Shown: positions 40,182-54,695, counted from the stretch's first letter. The stretch: 64,000 nucleotides of DNA from Utricularia gibba (GCA_002189035.1 NEEC01000013.1:310001-374000), one strand, 5' to 3'. Notes: a model not told the origin generated them from the letters alone. Translations and numbers: made by a program.

Positions 40182-43100
40182 AATGCTATCAGAGCTTTGG
40201 TAGTGAGGTGAACCAAGAACCATACAAAGTGGGATCCACCATGACTAGTGTTCATTGTGATATACTCAAACTAGACAAAAGATTCACTTGGTTGACAACT
40301 TGGCAACTCCAAATGCTTTATTTACTCACAAAGATGAAGCTTGATGATGCTGTTGATGGTAGGGACAAGATGCACAAGAAGTTCAAAAATGATGAAAATA
40401 AACTTAGAGATATAAAGTAAATGTTTACCATTTATTTATACCTCTTATGAGATCTTTTGCAGGAGGTAGCATATGAGGACACAACTGGAGACTTGTGGCT
40501 GAGATTGGAGCAACTTTGTGTTGCAAAGAGGTAGACCAGTAAGCTTCACCTCAAAAAGAAATTATATTCTAATAAATTGATTGAAGGTGGCTCACTAGAT
40601 GAGCATGTTGCAAGATTTAAGCATCTGGTAGTAGATCTCAAGGCAATAGAAATCAAATACGATGAAGAGGACCTTGCACTTATCTTATTATGCTCTCTAC
40701 TTGCCTCTTATGATGTCTTTAGAATCGTATTCTATATTTCAAGAAGACTTTAACTATTAAAGAAGTCTATGAGAGACTAGAATCCAAGGAATAGCTCAAA
40801 GCCGTCGTGAGTTTTGCTATAGAAAATTAAAGAAATGCCTTGATAACTAAAGGAAGATCACATGAAAACAAACATAATTCACACAAGAGAGGGGAAAGAT
40901 CAAAAAGTAGAAATAGGAACAAGATATGTAATTACTGTAAAAGGAAAGGACATATTAAGAAGGAATGCTACAAGCTCTAGAATGCTTAGAAAAACAACCA
41001 GTCATAATCAAAAAAGCAAGAATGGAAACCTGTTGGCAGCAATTGTCAAGCCAATGTTATGTTTGGAGAAAGTGATGGAGATTTACTTGTTAAAGGGAAA
41101 GTAGAGACTCCTTCTAATCTATCTCAACAAGAATAGGAGGCCCAATTATTATTTGCTTCACAAAACTCAAAACATCTTTAAAAATCGTGGATTCTTGATA
41201 GCACATGCACATACCATGTGTGCCCCCAACAAAGAATGGTTTTCATAATATGCAAAGATTGAGGCTAGTGAAGTGATGTTTGGAGATAATTTCACTAAAC
41301 GAATATGTGGCATTGATACTCCCAAATTGAGAATGCATGATGATGCCGTGAAGACCATTAATTGATGTGAGGCATCCTTGGAGGAAAAAGACTGCAAATT
41401 CATGAGTTTCAATGGTACATCAAAGGTTAGAAAAGGTGTTTTGCTCACATGAGTGTACAAGGCATGAAGGAGTTAAGTTCGAGAGGCCTCTTGAGTGGAC
41501 AAAAAACTAGCAGCATAAAATTTTGTGAAAGCTATGTTTTTGGCAAGCACAAAAAATCCAAAATTTCTAAGGGTATTCAAAACGACCCACATCCTGTGGC
41601 ATAGCATTTAGACTTTTGGGGGCCTGCATCAACACCTTTTATTGGTGCAACGTACATGGTGCTAATAGTTGATGACTACTCAAGGAAAGTATGGAATTTC
41701 TTTCTTCAACATAAGTATGAAGCCTTAGAAACCTTCAAGAATTGAAAGACAATGATTGAAAAATAGATCAATATGAAGGTAAAAATGCTCAGGATAGATG
41801 ATGGATTCGAATTTTGCTTCTCTGATTTTGATGTTTATTGAAAAGTTGAAGGAATTATATGGGATAAAAATAACAACATACACCATAGCAAAATGGGGTA
41901 GTTGAAAGGATGAACTTCACCAGCTATGAAAAGGTTTGATTTATAATAACCACATTCAAGCTAGGTGAAAGACACTAGGTTGAGGTGGCAGCCTATGCTA
42001 TTGTTATCATCAATAGATCTCCCTCTATGCCAATAAACTGTAAGACACTACAAGAAATGTTGAGAGGTGAGCCAGCAAACTACAAACACCTGAAGATTTT
42101 TGGATGCCCTGCATACATTTATGTAAATTAGGGGAAGTTGAAACCAAAAGCCTTAAAGTGTATTTTCCTTGGCTTCAAGAAAAGAGTGAAGAGATACAAA
42201 GTTTGGAATCCAGACCTTAAGAGAGCTCTCACAAGAAGGAATGTCACTTTTAATGAAGAAGCGTTGTTAAAGACTAGACAAGAAAACACACGAACAAAGT
42301 GTGGTTACTGAAGCAAAAACAGATCTTATAGTGTCTAGACCAAAAGTGAAATGGGGAAATTAGAGAGTTACTAATTTAAGTGAGGAATCCATGTCATTGG
42401 TAACGCCACTCGCTCATGAATCCTCCATTGCAACTAATAGACCACGCAGAACAATTTAGCCTCCACAGAGGTATGCTAAGGAATATTATCTAGCATTTGC
42501 TTTGATGGTAGCTGATGAAACTCCATCACATAAGGAATTGGAAAATTTTAAGGAAGCAATCACATGAAGTGAAGCAGAAGATAGTGGAACTCGATGATTG
42601 ATGAAATTAATTCCTTGGGCAAGAACAATACATGGGAGCTTAGTGAACTTCTTGCGGGAAAGAAAGAAGTAAAATCAAAATGGATATACGGAGTGAAACA
42701 ACCAGCACCTAGAGAAAATGGTCCAAGATTCAAATCCATGCTTGTAGCTAAGGGATTTACCCAAATGCTATGGTTGGATTTCACTGACATTTTCTCACTT
42801 GTTGTCAAGCACACTACCATCATATTAGTGCTCAGTGAAGTAGCATCAAATGATTGGGAATTACATCAAATGGATGTAAAAACCGCATTCTTGCATGATG
42901 AGCTAGATTTATATGCAACAACCTGAAGGATTCATAAAACCAGAGGGCGAGCATTTGGTTTGCAAACTCAAGAAGTTCTTATATGGATGGAAACAGTCAT
43001 CGAGACTTTGGAATAAGAGGTTTGCATCTTTTATGGAAAGTATAGGCTTTGTGCATGCTACTTATGATCCTTGTATGTTTAAACACATGCTACCTGATCA

Positions 43101-44273
43101 TTTCGTCATTCTTTTGCACATTTATGTTGATTACATGCTTATTGCTACAAAAGATATTAATGCTCTAAGATCACTTAAGTTTTGGCTTGCCTCTGAGTTT
43201 GAAATGAAAGACTTAAGTGAAGAAAAGAAAATCTTTGGCATGGAAATTCAAAGAGAGAAAATCAAGAAGACTTTTTTCTTGTCTCAAACTTCATATATTT
43301 CCCTTGTGTTATCAAAATTCAATATATAAATTGTAAGCTTGTGAACACTCCTATTGTTGGTCATTTCAAGCTTTTTGCAGCCATGTGTTCAAACTCTGAA
43401 AGTGAGAAAACTCATATACAAGATATCTCATATTCTAATACTGTCAGCTCTCATATGTTGTATAATTTGCACCAGGCCAAACATTTCTTACATTGTGAGT
43501 GTACTCAGTAGGTACATGGCTTCACCTGGGAAAGAGTACTGGAAAGCAACCCTTTTAACATTCACATACTTGTAGGGATCAAAAACTTTAGATGAGGGAG
43601 ATGATGCAGATAAGGTAGTTGGTTTCAATGATTCAGATTATGTAAGAGATTTGGATAAAAGGCGATGCTTAAGTGTATACATCTTCGAATGATTTAGAAA
43701 TCTGTCCACCCTCAATGTTTGTTAAAATTTTAATGTATTGTGTGTGAGAGAAAGTGAGGGTGGCCACTATTCTGACTAGCTCATAGATCTTCACTTGTAA
43801 CAACAAGATTATCTGTTGGAAAGCTATGCTTTAGCCTAGCATTGCCATGTCAATAATAGAAGCTGAATTCATGGCGATAACTGAAGCCATCAAGGAAACT
43901 ATTTAGCTCAAAGAACTATTCTTAAAACTAAACAGAAAAATGACTCTTAACAGTATCAAATATGATAGCCAAAGCACCATATTTTTGGCAGAAGATCCTA
44001 TATTTCATAATAGGGTGAAACACATTGATGTCCATTATCACCTCATTCGAGATATCTTGGATAAGGGCGAAATTATAGTTCAGAAGATAGAATCGAAGTA
44101 TTATATTGTTGATGTCTTGACAAAATCCTTACCTGCTACTAGATTTTAGAGCCTGCTACATTTAGCAGGCTTTACTCATAAGAATTGAGTTTGGCAAACA
44201 GAAATGTTGTAGTTGAAGTGAAAGAGTTCTAGATTTTAACGAAAGTTATGTGTCATGGGGGGGGGGGGGGATT

Positions 44274-44665
44274 TGTTAAAAACCATGTCACATTAATCAT
44301 ACAGGAAGACCCACTAAGGAGGACTTGTCAAAAGGAATAGCCACAATACTACACATCACTATAGCATCATGGGCCGGAAATCTTCCAAGAGATCTTCCTT
44401 CGCAATTTGATTTTTAAAGCTTGATTTCTCATTGTGAGCAGCATCACATGTGCGCAAGTGCGTTCTGTAATCCCTTGAACTTCATATTTTTTTAACATTT
44501 CTAGCTCGTGGTTTTTTCCTTTCAGGATTTCTATGTAACCTTTGCATCGCTTGCCTTTCTCTACAAAACACACTGCATAACTCACATATAAGGCAAAAGA
44601 GTAATCTGGTGTTTATAACCTTAAGTTCATGCAAATCAACCAAGATCCTCTCACGAAAGCTAATA
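44274..44665 (+). repeat. 3' LTR of the nested copia
   Basis: Follows the PPT and is followed by TSD GTGAT. Confidence 0.9.
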
Positions 44666-45429
44666 GTGATAAACTAGATTTTTGCTTGACTCAATACTTA
44701 TATTGGTTATGACACATAATCTTCACCCAGTGATCTGCATAATTCAACTTTTTTAAAAATACCTGGAGCCATAAGGCTTCTTTACCAATATTAGATAATA
44801 CATTTTTGAAAAAATGAGTTTCACACCACTCCAACTCCTCTTAATACAATAATAAGTCGTTATCTAAATCTTCTAGTATCCACATCTTCAATAAGATCTA
44901 AGTCTACATAGATAGATAGAATGTAGGATTGAGATCTATAACATAGATTAAATTCAGTAGTCCCCCTTCAAGTATCATCGTTACCATTTCATAGCATCCC
45001 AATGTGCTATCCTAGGTTAGCCATTTACCAATTGATACAATTTATTGCATAGACAATATTGGCCATATAACTTAATTGCAAGATTCATTGGTATTGAAAT
45101 TGGCTTGCACCCCATCATTCCGAATTTCTTTAGCACTTGGTGTATATACCTAGTGTGATTAAACTATAGGCGTTCGATGTTTCAATTGTATTCAATGTCT
45201 ATGCCAATTGCTACTTGAATACATGGATTAATTCCAGCTTCTTTCTTGTTAGTAGTTGTTTAGCTACAATTTTACTATTTTATTTTATGTTATCTTCTAT
45301 GTTTAAATATAATTATTGTTATTTAATTAAAAGTCCAAAATAGAAGTGATAGGATTTTTTATATTATCATAATTGTCTTTATTATTATTTTTTTATCTTA
45401 TCTTTTCTTAAGTTTAATTGAATTTAAGT

Positions 45430-46320
45430 CTATGACTAGAAAAATACACGTTAAGGATGTTATATCGAACAAAAGAACACAAACAACTATGCTTGTATTA
45501 ATTTATTTAATTAATTTTATCAAACAAGATATTTATTCATGTTTATTTATTTAAGTTAATTGAACAATATTTTATTCATGTTCATTTATTTGATGTTTGG
45601 AAACATTCACGAACGTTTCGAATAAAATTATATTTCTAAATTATTATAATTTTTTATATTCGAAATTAATTTAAAAATAGAATATATTTATAAAATTCAA
45701 ATTTAAATATAAAACATTATTATTATTCATGTTTCTAATAAAATAAATAACAAAAAAATAAACTAATATTTATCTTGGAAGTGAAATATATGTATCATGT
45801 TCTTCATTTGTTAAAACACTTGTACTGCAATAACAAATCTTTTGTTTTAGTTGAAGTCTCGCCTGATTCACAAAAACATAATAATTATTAAACTAAATAA
45901 TTAGATATATTCAAGTAAACATACAAATTAATATTACTTACATGTATAGATTTCTTTATTCCATAAATTCTTTTCACTCAGTCACCAGTAGAAAGTAACA
46001 TCTCCACAAGTTTCAGTTGATAAATTTGATGGAAAATCATTTATAACTTGACCATCAGCACTAAAAGTAATTTCTGATGCAACAGATGTAATAGGAATAG
46101 AAAGAATATTGCTTGTAATGATTGCTAAGATAGGACATTTCAATCACCAGCAGAAAGTAATAATCTCTAGGCAAGATTAATGAATAACTGATTATTACTT
46201 GCAAGTTTTGATTAGGAGTAAAATAAAGGGCACCAACTCCTCCCTGTTGGTTTGAGGGATTAGTGTTTTGTTTGTGTGTTTTATGTTTTGTTTATGATTG
46301 TCGAGTCTCAGATCTTATCG
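45430..46320 (-). mobile_element. hAT relic 3 (dimerisation domain plus probable 3' subterminal DNA)
   Basis: Minus strand about 46140-45990 reads CPILAIITSNILSIPITSVASEITFSADGQVINDFPSNLSTET, matching the hAT C-terminal ILxIPxTxVASExxFSxGG pattern. This is not in the ORF track. Limits are approximate. Confidence 0.7.
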
Positions 46321-46328
46321 AGAATTTT

Positions 46329-47340
46329 CGATAAACAAGTAATTCACACATTGTTGTATAAAATGCTAATTTTCTTACTAAATAAATTTATAAGCCTAAC
46401 TAACAATGTATCATAAAACCAATATGAACATAATGGATTAGAATCGAATACAAGGGACATTATGCTTGTTGTGTGGGGTTGACACATTCGGTTTTTGTCC
46501 TGATGGAAGATTAAGTTTGAGCTTGGACAAATGCAATTTTACAATAAAATACAGCAAAACAATAAACGAATAAATCAGATTTCTATGTCAAAAAAACACT
46601 ATGAAACCTTAATATTTCAAGAGACAACATATTCATTACTATATTTATCCTACCCAAACCAAAAATCACTCATTTAATAAATTAAGAGTTCAAGTCTACC
46701 TAAACACTTGTTTTTCTAACCTTTGTTCTATCTCTAATTAGGGTTGGATTATGATAAACATACCATTATTTTCATCTATCTTGCTTTGTTAAGAAACTAG
46801 TATAATTACATGATTAGTATGGTTTAATGAATAATGAGCATGCATGTCTCCTTTGATCTTAAACCACCATGTGGTACTTAGCTACTCATATTAAGTAAAA
46901 ATAAAACTTGTTTATAACCTAAAATCAACTACATGTCTAAGTTTACGAAGTAAATAAACAGCAGCATAAAAGAAAATAATTTTAAAGCAAAAAGTTAAAA
47001 TATTGCTTGTTATCTACTCCTAACTAGAGATGACTAGAATAAATATTTGAAAATGAGCTGAGTTCTTGCATTCATCTTCTTCCTATTCGTTCTTCTACGA
47101 TTTTTTTTTTCAAAACCCCTTTGTGTGTCCTTGAAATCTAGGTATTTTTCTCTCCCTTCTTTTGTCCAAAAATCTCCTATTTATTTTCTTGAGGTTTGGT
47201 ATGCTCTCTCTTCTTCCTTTTGTCCCCATTTTTCTACACCTTCATTGTACACTTTCGACTCCTTAGGAATAAGCTTGCTAAAAATGTGCTGCATTACTAA
47301 AAAAAAAATGATCAAATCAAAGATTGGGGCTAAATCCAAG
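46329..47340 (-). mobile_element. Athila-like LTR, truncated
   Basis: Homologous to 18246-19470 (for example ATAAATTTATAA.CCTAA and ATGAGTAGCTAA). Terminus TTGTTTATCG, one change from TTATCA. Confidence 0.65.
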
Positions 47341-47551
47341 ATTTAATTTTAATCTGGATTAAAAAAAATCAGAAATAGGAATGTGGTAACATTCTAATAT
47401 AATTAATTCTTCATGAAATAGTATGAAAAGTAATTTTATTTCCAGCTAGGTATGCAAAAAATCGGAAATAGGAATGTGGCAACATATGAATATCTCCATG
47501 AAATCAATTCCTAACGGTGGATATTATTATATGATAATAACTTAAGGTAAC

Positions 47552-48961
47552 TGATAACACAAAAATTTTCATATTTTAGGATAAGAAAAATCATAGATTT
47601 TAATTATGTTTAAGTGTTAATTTTATAGTTTTAAGTATTTTTATTTGATTACGGAAAATATGATTTTTGGTGTGATTAGTGGGCTAAATCAAAGGATTTA
47701 GCCCACCCCATGTCTAACTCGATTTTGAAGTCTAGCAGCAGCCCAAGAATTAAGGAAAAATCTGGATTTCGTGCAAGTCATCAGGGTGTAGGGGGCAATG
47801 AGTACACTGTCACGGCGACAATCTGCAAGTCAGGGCCTGGAGCAGCAGATCTGTCAGCGAATGTACTTGCCTTGGGAAGCAGGAGGCAAGAGAAAGATGA
47901 GGAGAGAGAATCGCAAAAAAAGGGGAGTTCACCCCAGAATTTTGAGAGAGCACACACGAGGGGGTTTCTCCCCCACCCCAACTCAAACACGAAGAACACG
48001 AAAGGAGAAGGAAGAAGAAAAGGGATTTTTCTGGAGAAGAACCTCCAGCGTGAAGGAAGAAGATCAAGACCCAGTTCAACGCTATTGTTCCTGCCCAGAA
48101 CAGTAGCAGACGGAAACCAGACTTCTTACTGCTTTCTTTTAGTTTGTTGATGTCTTTAGTTTCTGCACTAAACTTCTGCACGATGTTCTCAACATTTTCG
48201 TTATTTTATGTTAATGCCATTACATTTTACCTTCAAAGCATGAGTAGCTAAATCCTAGGAGTGCCTTAAGGTGAAGCATGGTGGTGTGGGTCTAGGAGTC
48301 TTAGTAAAATTAACCTTAGTTTCTTAGCTCTTGTTTCTATAAAACCATGGGTAGACCTAAGGAGGGGAACAAGTAGCTTTATAACTTAGATGCTTGATTT
48401 AGAGGTAGATCAACAAATCAAGACGGGAGCAGTAGGTGTTAGTCTGGGGTAGAACCAGTAGAACCGGGTAGACCTAGTTCTATATGCTTTGCATGCGGGT
48501 AGACCTAATTGCAATGTTGGTGATGATATGAGGGACTAGCTTAGCCGAAAATATGGTGAATGACCTATGTAGACTTAGGTTATTAGAAGTTGTGAGTATA
48601 GGAACATGGTAGATTAAATTAGGAATTTTGGCACCACACCACCTGAAGATCCTTAAGGCACGTTAGTATTATTCTGAGAAAAAATCAGTACCTGTTACTT
48701 TAGCATTAAAACCTGATATTGTTTACCGATCTTGTTTACCGAACTTCTTTACCACTGTTGGTCTGAGCTTCGACTATGACTTACCTACTTTGAATTCTGC
48801 ATTTACTGAAATACAAGACAATCACAAGCTCCTTGTGATCGACCCCGAATTCCACTGTGCATTTTCAGTTTAATTTATATTTTGTGAGGATTAGAGATTA
48901 TAAATTTATTTGATAACGAATTTTCTATTTTTGCAACGACACTAGGAATTTTCATTTATCA
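47552..48961 (+). mobile_element. Intact Athila-like solo LTR (1410 bp)
   Basis: TGATAA...TTATCA termini. Perfect 5-bp TSD GTAAC at 47547-47551 and 48962-48966. No PBS or internal domain. Confidence 0.92.
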
Positions 48962-50330
48962 GTAACACAAGATAGAATTATTTTAATTATATTATTACTA
49001 TGTTAATCTTATAATTTTTATTTTATTGATGTAGTATATATACCATAAGTATTTTTGAATTATTAAATAGTGTTTTTATTGGACATGAACACTACAGGCA
49101 AAAGCTCTTGTCAAAGATATTTTCAATCAGGGTATTAAGATTTTTACCAATATGAAAAGAAGTTAATTGCTAACTCCATAATCACTCTCTGGTTATAGGA
49201 GATATGATGACAAATCAATCAATTATAAGATCAAGAAATACAATGTAGAAAAAATAAGTGTCACTTTCATGTTTAAGACCATGAGTCCAAAAAAAACAAA
49301 TATTACTACATTATGTGGAAAATTTGACATGAACTTGTAGAAAGTGATAACAAAAAAATGTATTTCATGTTTACATGCTATTCAGGCTAGAATTATATTC
49401 CTATATATCATGTTATTTATAATATTATAACCAATTGTACACTTTATTTTTGGCCCAAATGTACAAGGAATTTTATGAATATGTTAGTTATTACATTTCA
49501 AAATATTATCAAGTGAACACATTTGCGAAAATATACAAAAGATAATTTAATCTACTAACTCTAAAGATTGGATAGGATACGTTTTCATTTAATCTCATGT
49601 ACTAACTAACAAGAAAATGACTAATAAAAGCCATGTTAGGTCAAAATCATTTTCAAATAACTTAATTTATTCGAAGAAAAAATAAAAATATGATTAATTT
49701 CAATTTCAGACATATTCATTGATATGTTTTCGAACTTTTGGAATTTCAATTGAAATATAGTTCATGCATTATACATATTCGAAGAAAAAATCAAAATATT
49801 ATTTTCAATTAAAATTATAAATATTTCTAAACCTTAAATTAATAAACCAAATATACTTTGAAACATTGCTTATACATTATTCATGCATGTAGTTTAATGG
49901 GTTATATTTTATTTTTTGTAACTTGTTAGTTAAGAGCTCAACTTTAATTCGTTGTAAATTATATATTTTTATAGAATTAGAATTAATACAAAATAATATT
50001 AGTAAATTAAAAAATAATTAATTAAATAAAAATATTATTAATATAGCAACCGACATTTTTGAATGATGTTTAAATAGCTTTGCTCAATCAACTTCACGGG
50101 AAGGAAAACATTCAATATTGTTGACATGTAGAACATGTCATCGTATATACGTTTACAACATGGAATGAAGATCGCTTCATTTTACAATCAAAGATTAGCT
50201 CATTGAATCCACTCTGAGCATGGGATACTATACTAACATGCAGTAGGAGAATTCATACAATACAAGTAAAATCATAATAACCCCACCATTCATACATCTT
50301 ATTCTTTATCTATTTGATGTCTTCCAACAT

Positions 50331-52202
50331 CTAGAATCCTGAATATGGAGCTGGTCTCGGGAGCCCTTCAACTATTCCACACAGAAGCTGTGTATCTAGA
50401 ATATTGTATTCATCTCTAAGCGATTTATTGGGTGAAAGCACACTGAAGTAGAGCTGCTGCCCCAGATAGTTTCTTTCCAGCATTGTTGATCTCAAGTTCC
50501 ACATTCCGGCGTTGTCCAGCGTTGTCATCACCGCCGCCCATCCTTTCGGGTAAACATGGATAGTGTGTCGACTCACCGCATCGATCAGATTGTAGTTCTT
50601 TCGCTTATCCGGTGACCATCTCCCTGGCTCGATTCTATCATCACGCAGCAATTAAATTTCAGAACTAGAATTAACGCAAACTCTCTCAAAGTGTACTTAC
50701 GCAACGGCAAAGAAGGAGTAGCCAGACAAGTGCCAAGACTGAACGCTCTTCTCGTCGTTTTGGAAGATGATCTCAACAAAGTTTCTGAATATCGCATTCT
50801 TGACAATGGGAGCCATTGTTATCTTCTTGGCCGCGACATCATCGGCTGGCTCATCTGGGATGATATCATACTTGAACACCTTATCAGCGAGGCCAAAATA
50901 CTCAGCCAGCTTCAAGGGAGTTTTAGTATCAATATGAGAGATTCCATTCACTGCATACCTAAGCTTCCCATCTACTGTCCCTGCACTGTTCACAAATTTC
51001 ATGGTCCTGGTAATATTAATCTTCCCATAATGATATGACCCTTGAGGATTAGGTCTAGCCGCACTAGCCGTGAGGTTCCACCTAAAAGACCTAAACTGGT
51101 TAAGTGACCAAGCCCACCCAACTGGGGCTGGCGGTAGATCTGGGGATGGAGCAATATTGCTACCGTTGTAACGGATCACCGCTGTAGCTGACAAAACGGA
51201 CTTGCTAAACCTCGTCGAGGCAACGAAGTAATAGTCCTTTGGGGATTGGTCCGCTGTAACAAGGACTGAATAGCATTGTCCCAGATGCAAATCAAGCGAA
51301 TCGTACACATTTTGAACAGTATGTGAACCCTCGATCTCCACAAGCGTCATCGTATGCTTTTGAATCCGAAAATTTATCGAATTCTTCACCCCAACATTAC
51401 AAACCCGGAATCGATGAGTCTTTCCGGCTTCCATGGTGAACATCGGCTCCTTACTGTCATGTTTGCCATTTATAATTATACCATCGGGCTTCCCTAGTGA
51501 GCGTCCCGTGTCCAATAGCTTCTTCAATGAAGCATGACCCTTTGTGTACCAGTCACCGACCAACACATTGTATTCGGCCTGTGGCCAGGGGAATGGCACC
51601 GGTATCAGATCACGGCTGTGGACGGAAAGGGGCCCATACCCGCCGGCCGCACGATGAACACTAGTGGATGGATAGTAAAAAAAGCTACCAATTTGATCCT
51701 TCACTTGAAATTTAAATGTATAATTCGTCCCTGGTTGAATAGGGCAATTCGTACCTATTCAATAAATAATTCACAAATAAGCAAAGATAGTAGAGAAAAT
51801 CCGACATTAAGAATCATAGCTAGGCATTTGTTTCAATCATGTCAAGTGCCAGGTTTGGAGGTCTATTCTGTGCTCTAAATCATGCATAATAACTAAGACC
51901 CGATGTGTACCTGGGAGGCCATCTTGCCATGAGTTCTTCCTTTGCTGGATGCCGTTCCATGTAAACAGCAACGGCTCGTCGAGCTCATTGAATACGTTCA
52001 CGACGATGTTGTTGTTGGAGGTGCAATTGATCCAGGGACCGGGGAACTGATCGTTGATGGTGATGACTTGTTGAGGAACGCCCAAGGGGGAAAGAGTTCC
52101 GTACTTGACTTTCCATGTGTGGAACCAGTAGGGATCCTCGGATTGAACTAAGAAGGAGGATGAGGATATCAAACAAAAGACAAAAAACAACGCAGGTCCC
52201 AT
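50331..52202 (-). CDS. SKU5-similar / L-ascorbate oxidase homolog (pollen NTP303/Bp10, SKS11-14-like), 549 aa, 3 exons
   Basis: Exons 52202-51911, 51754-50701, 50634-50331 sum to 1650 nt, GT-AG and in frame. Signal peptide, EDPY...SPLGVPQQVI, NSWQDGLPGTNCPI, SARPNPQGSYHYG-like block, DNAGMWNLRS. Most Cu-ligand His motifs are absent, as is typical of SKS proteins. Confidence 0.95.
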
Positions 52203-52253
52203 GATTTTGTAAGGGAAAAGGTTTGTTTGAAGATAAGACAAAGAGGGAAGTAT

Positions 52254-52261
52254 TTTATATA
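52254..52261 (-). promoter_or_regulatory. Probable TATA box of the SKS gene
   Basis: TATATAAA on the minus strand, about 52 bp upstream of the ATG. Confidence 0.6.
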
Positions 52262-52404
52262 GAGATAGAGGAGATCATGGCCTCTAGAATTTGAGACGCT
52301 GTCCGTGAGAGATGGAGAGGCTCGCTCCTTTGGTTTTCCATCGATTCTTCCTCCACTAATTTAAGTATAAATTAGCACCTAATGTTTCTCTTAATGACGT
52401 TATT

Positions 52405-52410
<6 letters not shown>

Positions 52411-52454
<44 letters not shown>
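52411..52454. repeat. (GA)22 microsatellite in the SKS promoter
   Basis: Perfect dinucleotide run. Confidence 0.97.
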
Positions 52455-52457
<3 letters not shown>

Positions 52458-54619
52458 AATAATCCTCATAATTTTTCAACTGTGTTTCTTGTACATAGGC
52501 AAAAACCACCAATTTAAACATTTTTCTACTCTTCTAATTGACATAAACTATATTTAATTTCGCTTTTGGGTTTTAATGGGATCGTTCCAACATCAGCTCT
52601 CGGTTTACGCTAAGAAGTTATGACTTGACGACTAGTTGCCACTGAAGCAAGAATTAGCGGATTTGCATCTGGTGCTTATGCCAAAAAAGGCGACGTGCCA
52701 ACATCAATCGTTTGACGAGAAGGTAAAATTTTGAGAAGCATGTAGAGTGTACCTATTTTGCATCCACAAAATTGTCACGTTGCTGGGTTTGGGATCTGGT
52801 GCTTGGGCAGTTTAGCTCGGTTTGAGGTGGAACAACAGGGAAGTGATGGAGTTCAGTGCTTTCAGGAGAGTTTCTTCTTTCGGCCTATGATAAATCAAGA
52901 GAATTCAACAAAATACAAAATGTAAAGATAAGTTAATGGTTCTACCTCTACTTTTTTCATAGAGCCAATTGTTACAAACAGAAGAAAAATAGGATATCTG
53001 ATAGTAAGATATGATATCTTTAGCATATATTATTTCTTAAAGCTTTACCTCTTCGGTGATACACTATGTTATTTTTGCCTCTATCCTTCATCTTGACTTC
53101 AGGGAATGTTTCTTCTTGTGTCATTACCAGGGTGTCTCCTCACAACATCCCACCCTGCTTCCAAAGCTTCCATCTCAATAGTGAACCTTTCTTTCATTGT
53201 CTCTAAATCTTCGCATGTCACTTCAGCTAGGGAATATGCCTTCCAGTGTACTAAGAGTTCTTCTTGTGTTCCAGATTTACGTTTTTCCAGAATGGTTTGG
53301 GGTGTCAATTCTGGACATTCCCTTTTATGCAGAGCTAGGGGTGCAACAACAGTATCATCTCCCTTGCGATGTTTGAGTTTAGAGACATGGAATATCAGGT
53401 GGGTTTGTACTTTCGGAGGCAATTGCAATTCATAAGCAACATCTCCCAATTTCATTTTGATCTCAAAAGGTCCGAAATATCTTCGATATAATTTGGAGTC
53501 TTTTGTCCCAATGAGAGCTTTGTGTTGTGTAGGATGTAATTGAAGCCACACCTCGTCATTTTCAATCAATGCTTCCGTTTGTAATTATGAGACATAAATT
53601 GTTGACTGTGTTTGAGTCCATCTTTTGCCATCAATAGAACTTCATCTCTTTTTTTTTTTAGTTCTATATCCACTGTGCCACCAAAGAACTTCCCCATAGA
53701 CAATTTCAAATGGGATAGTCCCAATGGAACCTTGGAAACTAGTATTATAAATATATTCAACCCATGCAATCTAATCTCCCTATTTATGTGGATAGTCTCC
53801 CACCCATCATGTCAAATAAGTCTCCAAAATTTTATTAACAAACTCTATCTGACCATCTGATTAGGGTGATACGCTATGGAGAGTTGCAATTTTGTTCTAG
53901 ATAAGTAGAAGAGTTCCCTCCAAAAAGAGCTTGTGAACTCAACATCCCTATCGCTAGTGATAGTCTCCGATAATCCATGTAACTTAAAAATGGTCTCAAC
54001 AAAATTTTTGCAATAGAAAGAATATATAAGGGTGAATCAACAAAAGGAAATGAGCAGACTTGGATAATCAATTTACAGCCATCAAAATAACCTTCTTACC
54101 CCTGAAGATCATTAATCTTTCTATAAAGTCCATGAAAATCTCAAACCAAATTCTTTTAGGGATGCTCAATGATTGAAGTAACCTCCTTAGTTTCAGTTGT
54201 TCAATCTTGGATCGTTGAGTCACCTTGCAATCATTAACGAATTCCTATATATGAGTTCTCATTTCTGGCCAAAAGAAATTCCTTTTGATCCTTTGCAATA
54301 TCTTATTCATACCTTCACGGCAAGAGTTATGAACGGAGGATAGGATATCTTGAATATGCTTAGAATTATCCCTCAAGTAAATTCTACATTTGTATAAGAT
54401 GAGTCCATCCCGGGTTTATTAGTCTTTTCCTCTCAATCCTTGTCATATATTACTTAGAAACCCTAAACCATATCATCATTCTATATCTTAAGACATTACT
54501 AAAGTCAAGCTACTCATGTTCAAGAGAAAAAGCATGATTTTATAAATATAGACTGCACAGAACATATTAAACATTGTTAAATAAATGGTCATAGTGAAAT
54601 ATTCAGAAAAAAATGCAAA

Positions 54620-54695
54620 GTAAAATGTTTTGTTTTCCTTCTACTTCTGTTCACAACGTAAAATGTTTTGTTTTCCTTCTACTTCTGTTCACAAC
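54620..54695 (+). repeat. Perfect 38-bp tandem duplication
   Basis: GTAAAATGTTTTGTTTTCCTTCTACTTCTGTTCACAAC twice (54620-54657 and 54658-54695). Confidence 0.95.

Larger units (their letters stand above)
39790..44665 (+). mobile_element. Full-length degenerate Ty1/copia (Tork/Tnt1-like by recalled motifs)
   Basis: LTRs 39790-40181 and 44274-44665. Perfect TSD GTGAT at 39785-39789 and 44666-44670. PBS TGCTATCAGAGC at 40184-40195 and a G-rich PPT at 44257-44270. Motifs GKLKPKALKCIFLG, HQMDVKTAFLH, FEMKDL, HIDVHYH. Confidence 0.93.
38830..45200 (-). mobile_element. Older Ty1/copia relic (RT end, RNase H, probable 3' LTR about 38830-39407) hosting the nested copia
   Basis: Removing 39790-44665 and one TSD restores AKNLVYHSKTKYMDMQYW in frame. 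The right part reads GKEALWLQVFL and HWDAMKW..YLKGT. LTR limits are approximate. Confidence 0.75.

Noticed and set aside
47710-48181. Overlapping 102-146 aa ORFs on both strands
   Set aside because: They lie wholly inside the TSD-bounded solo LTR, are low-complexity and purine-biased, and show no domain.
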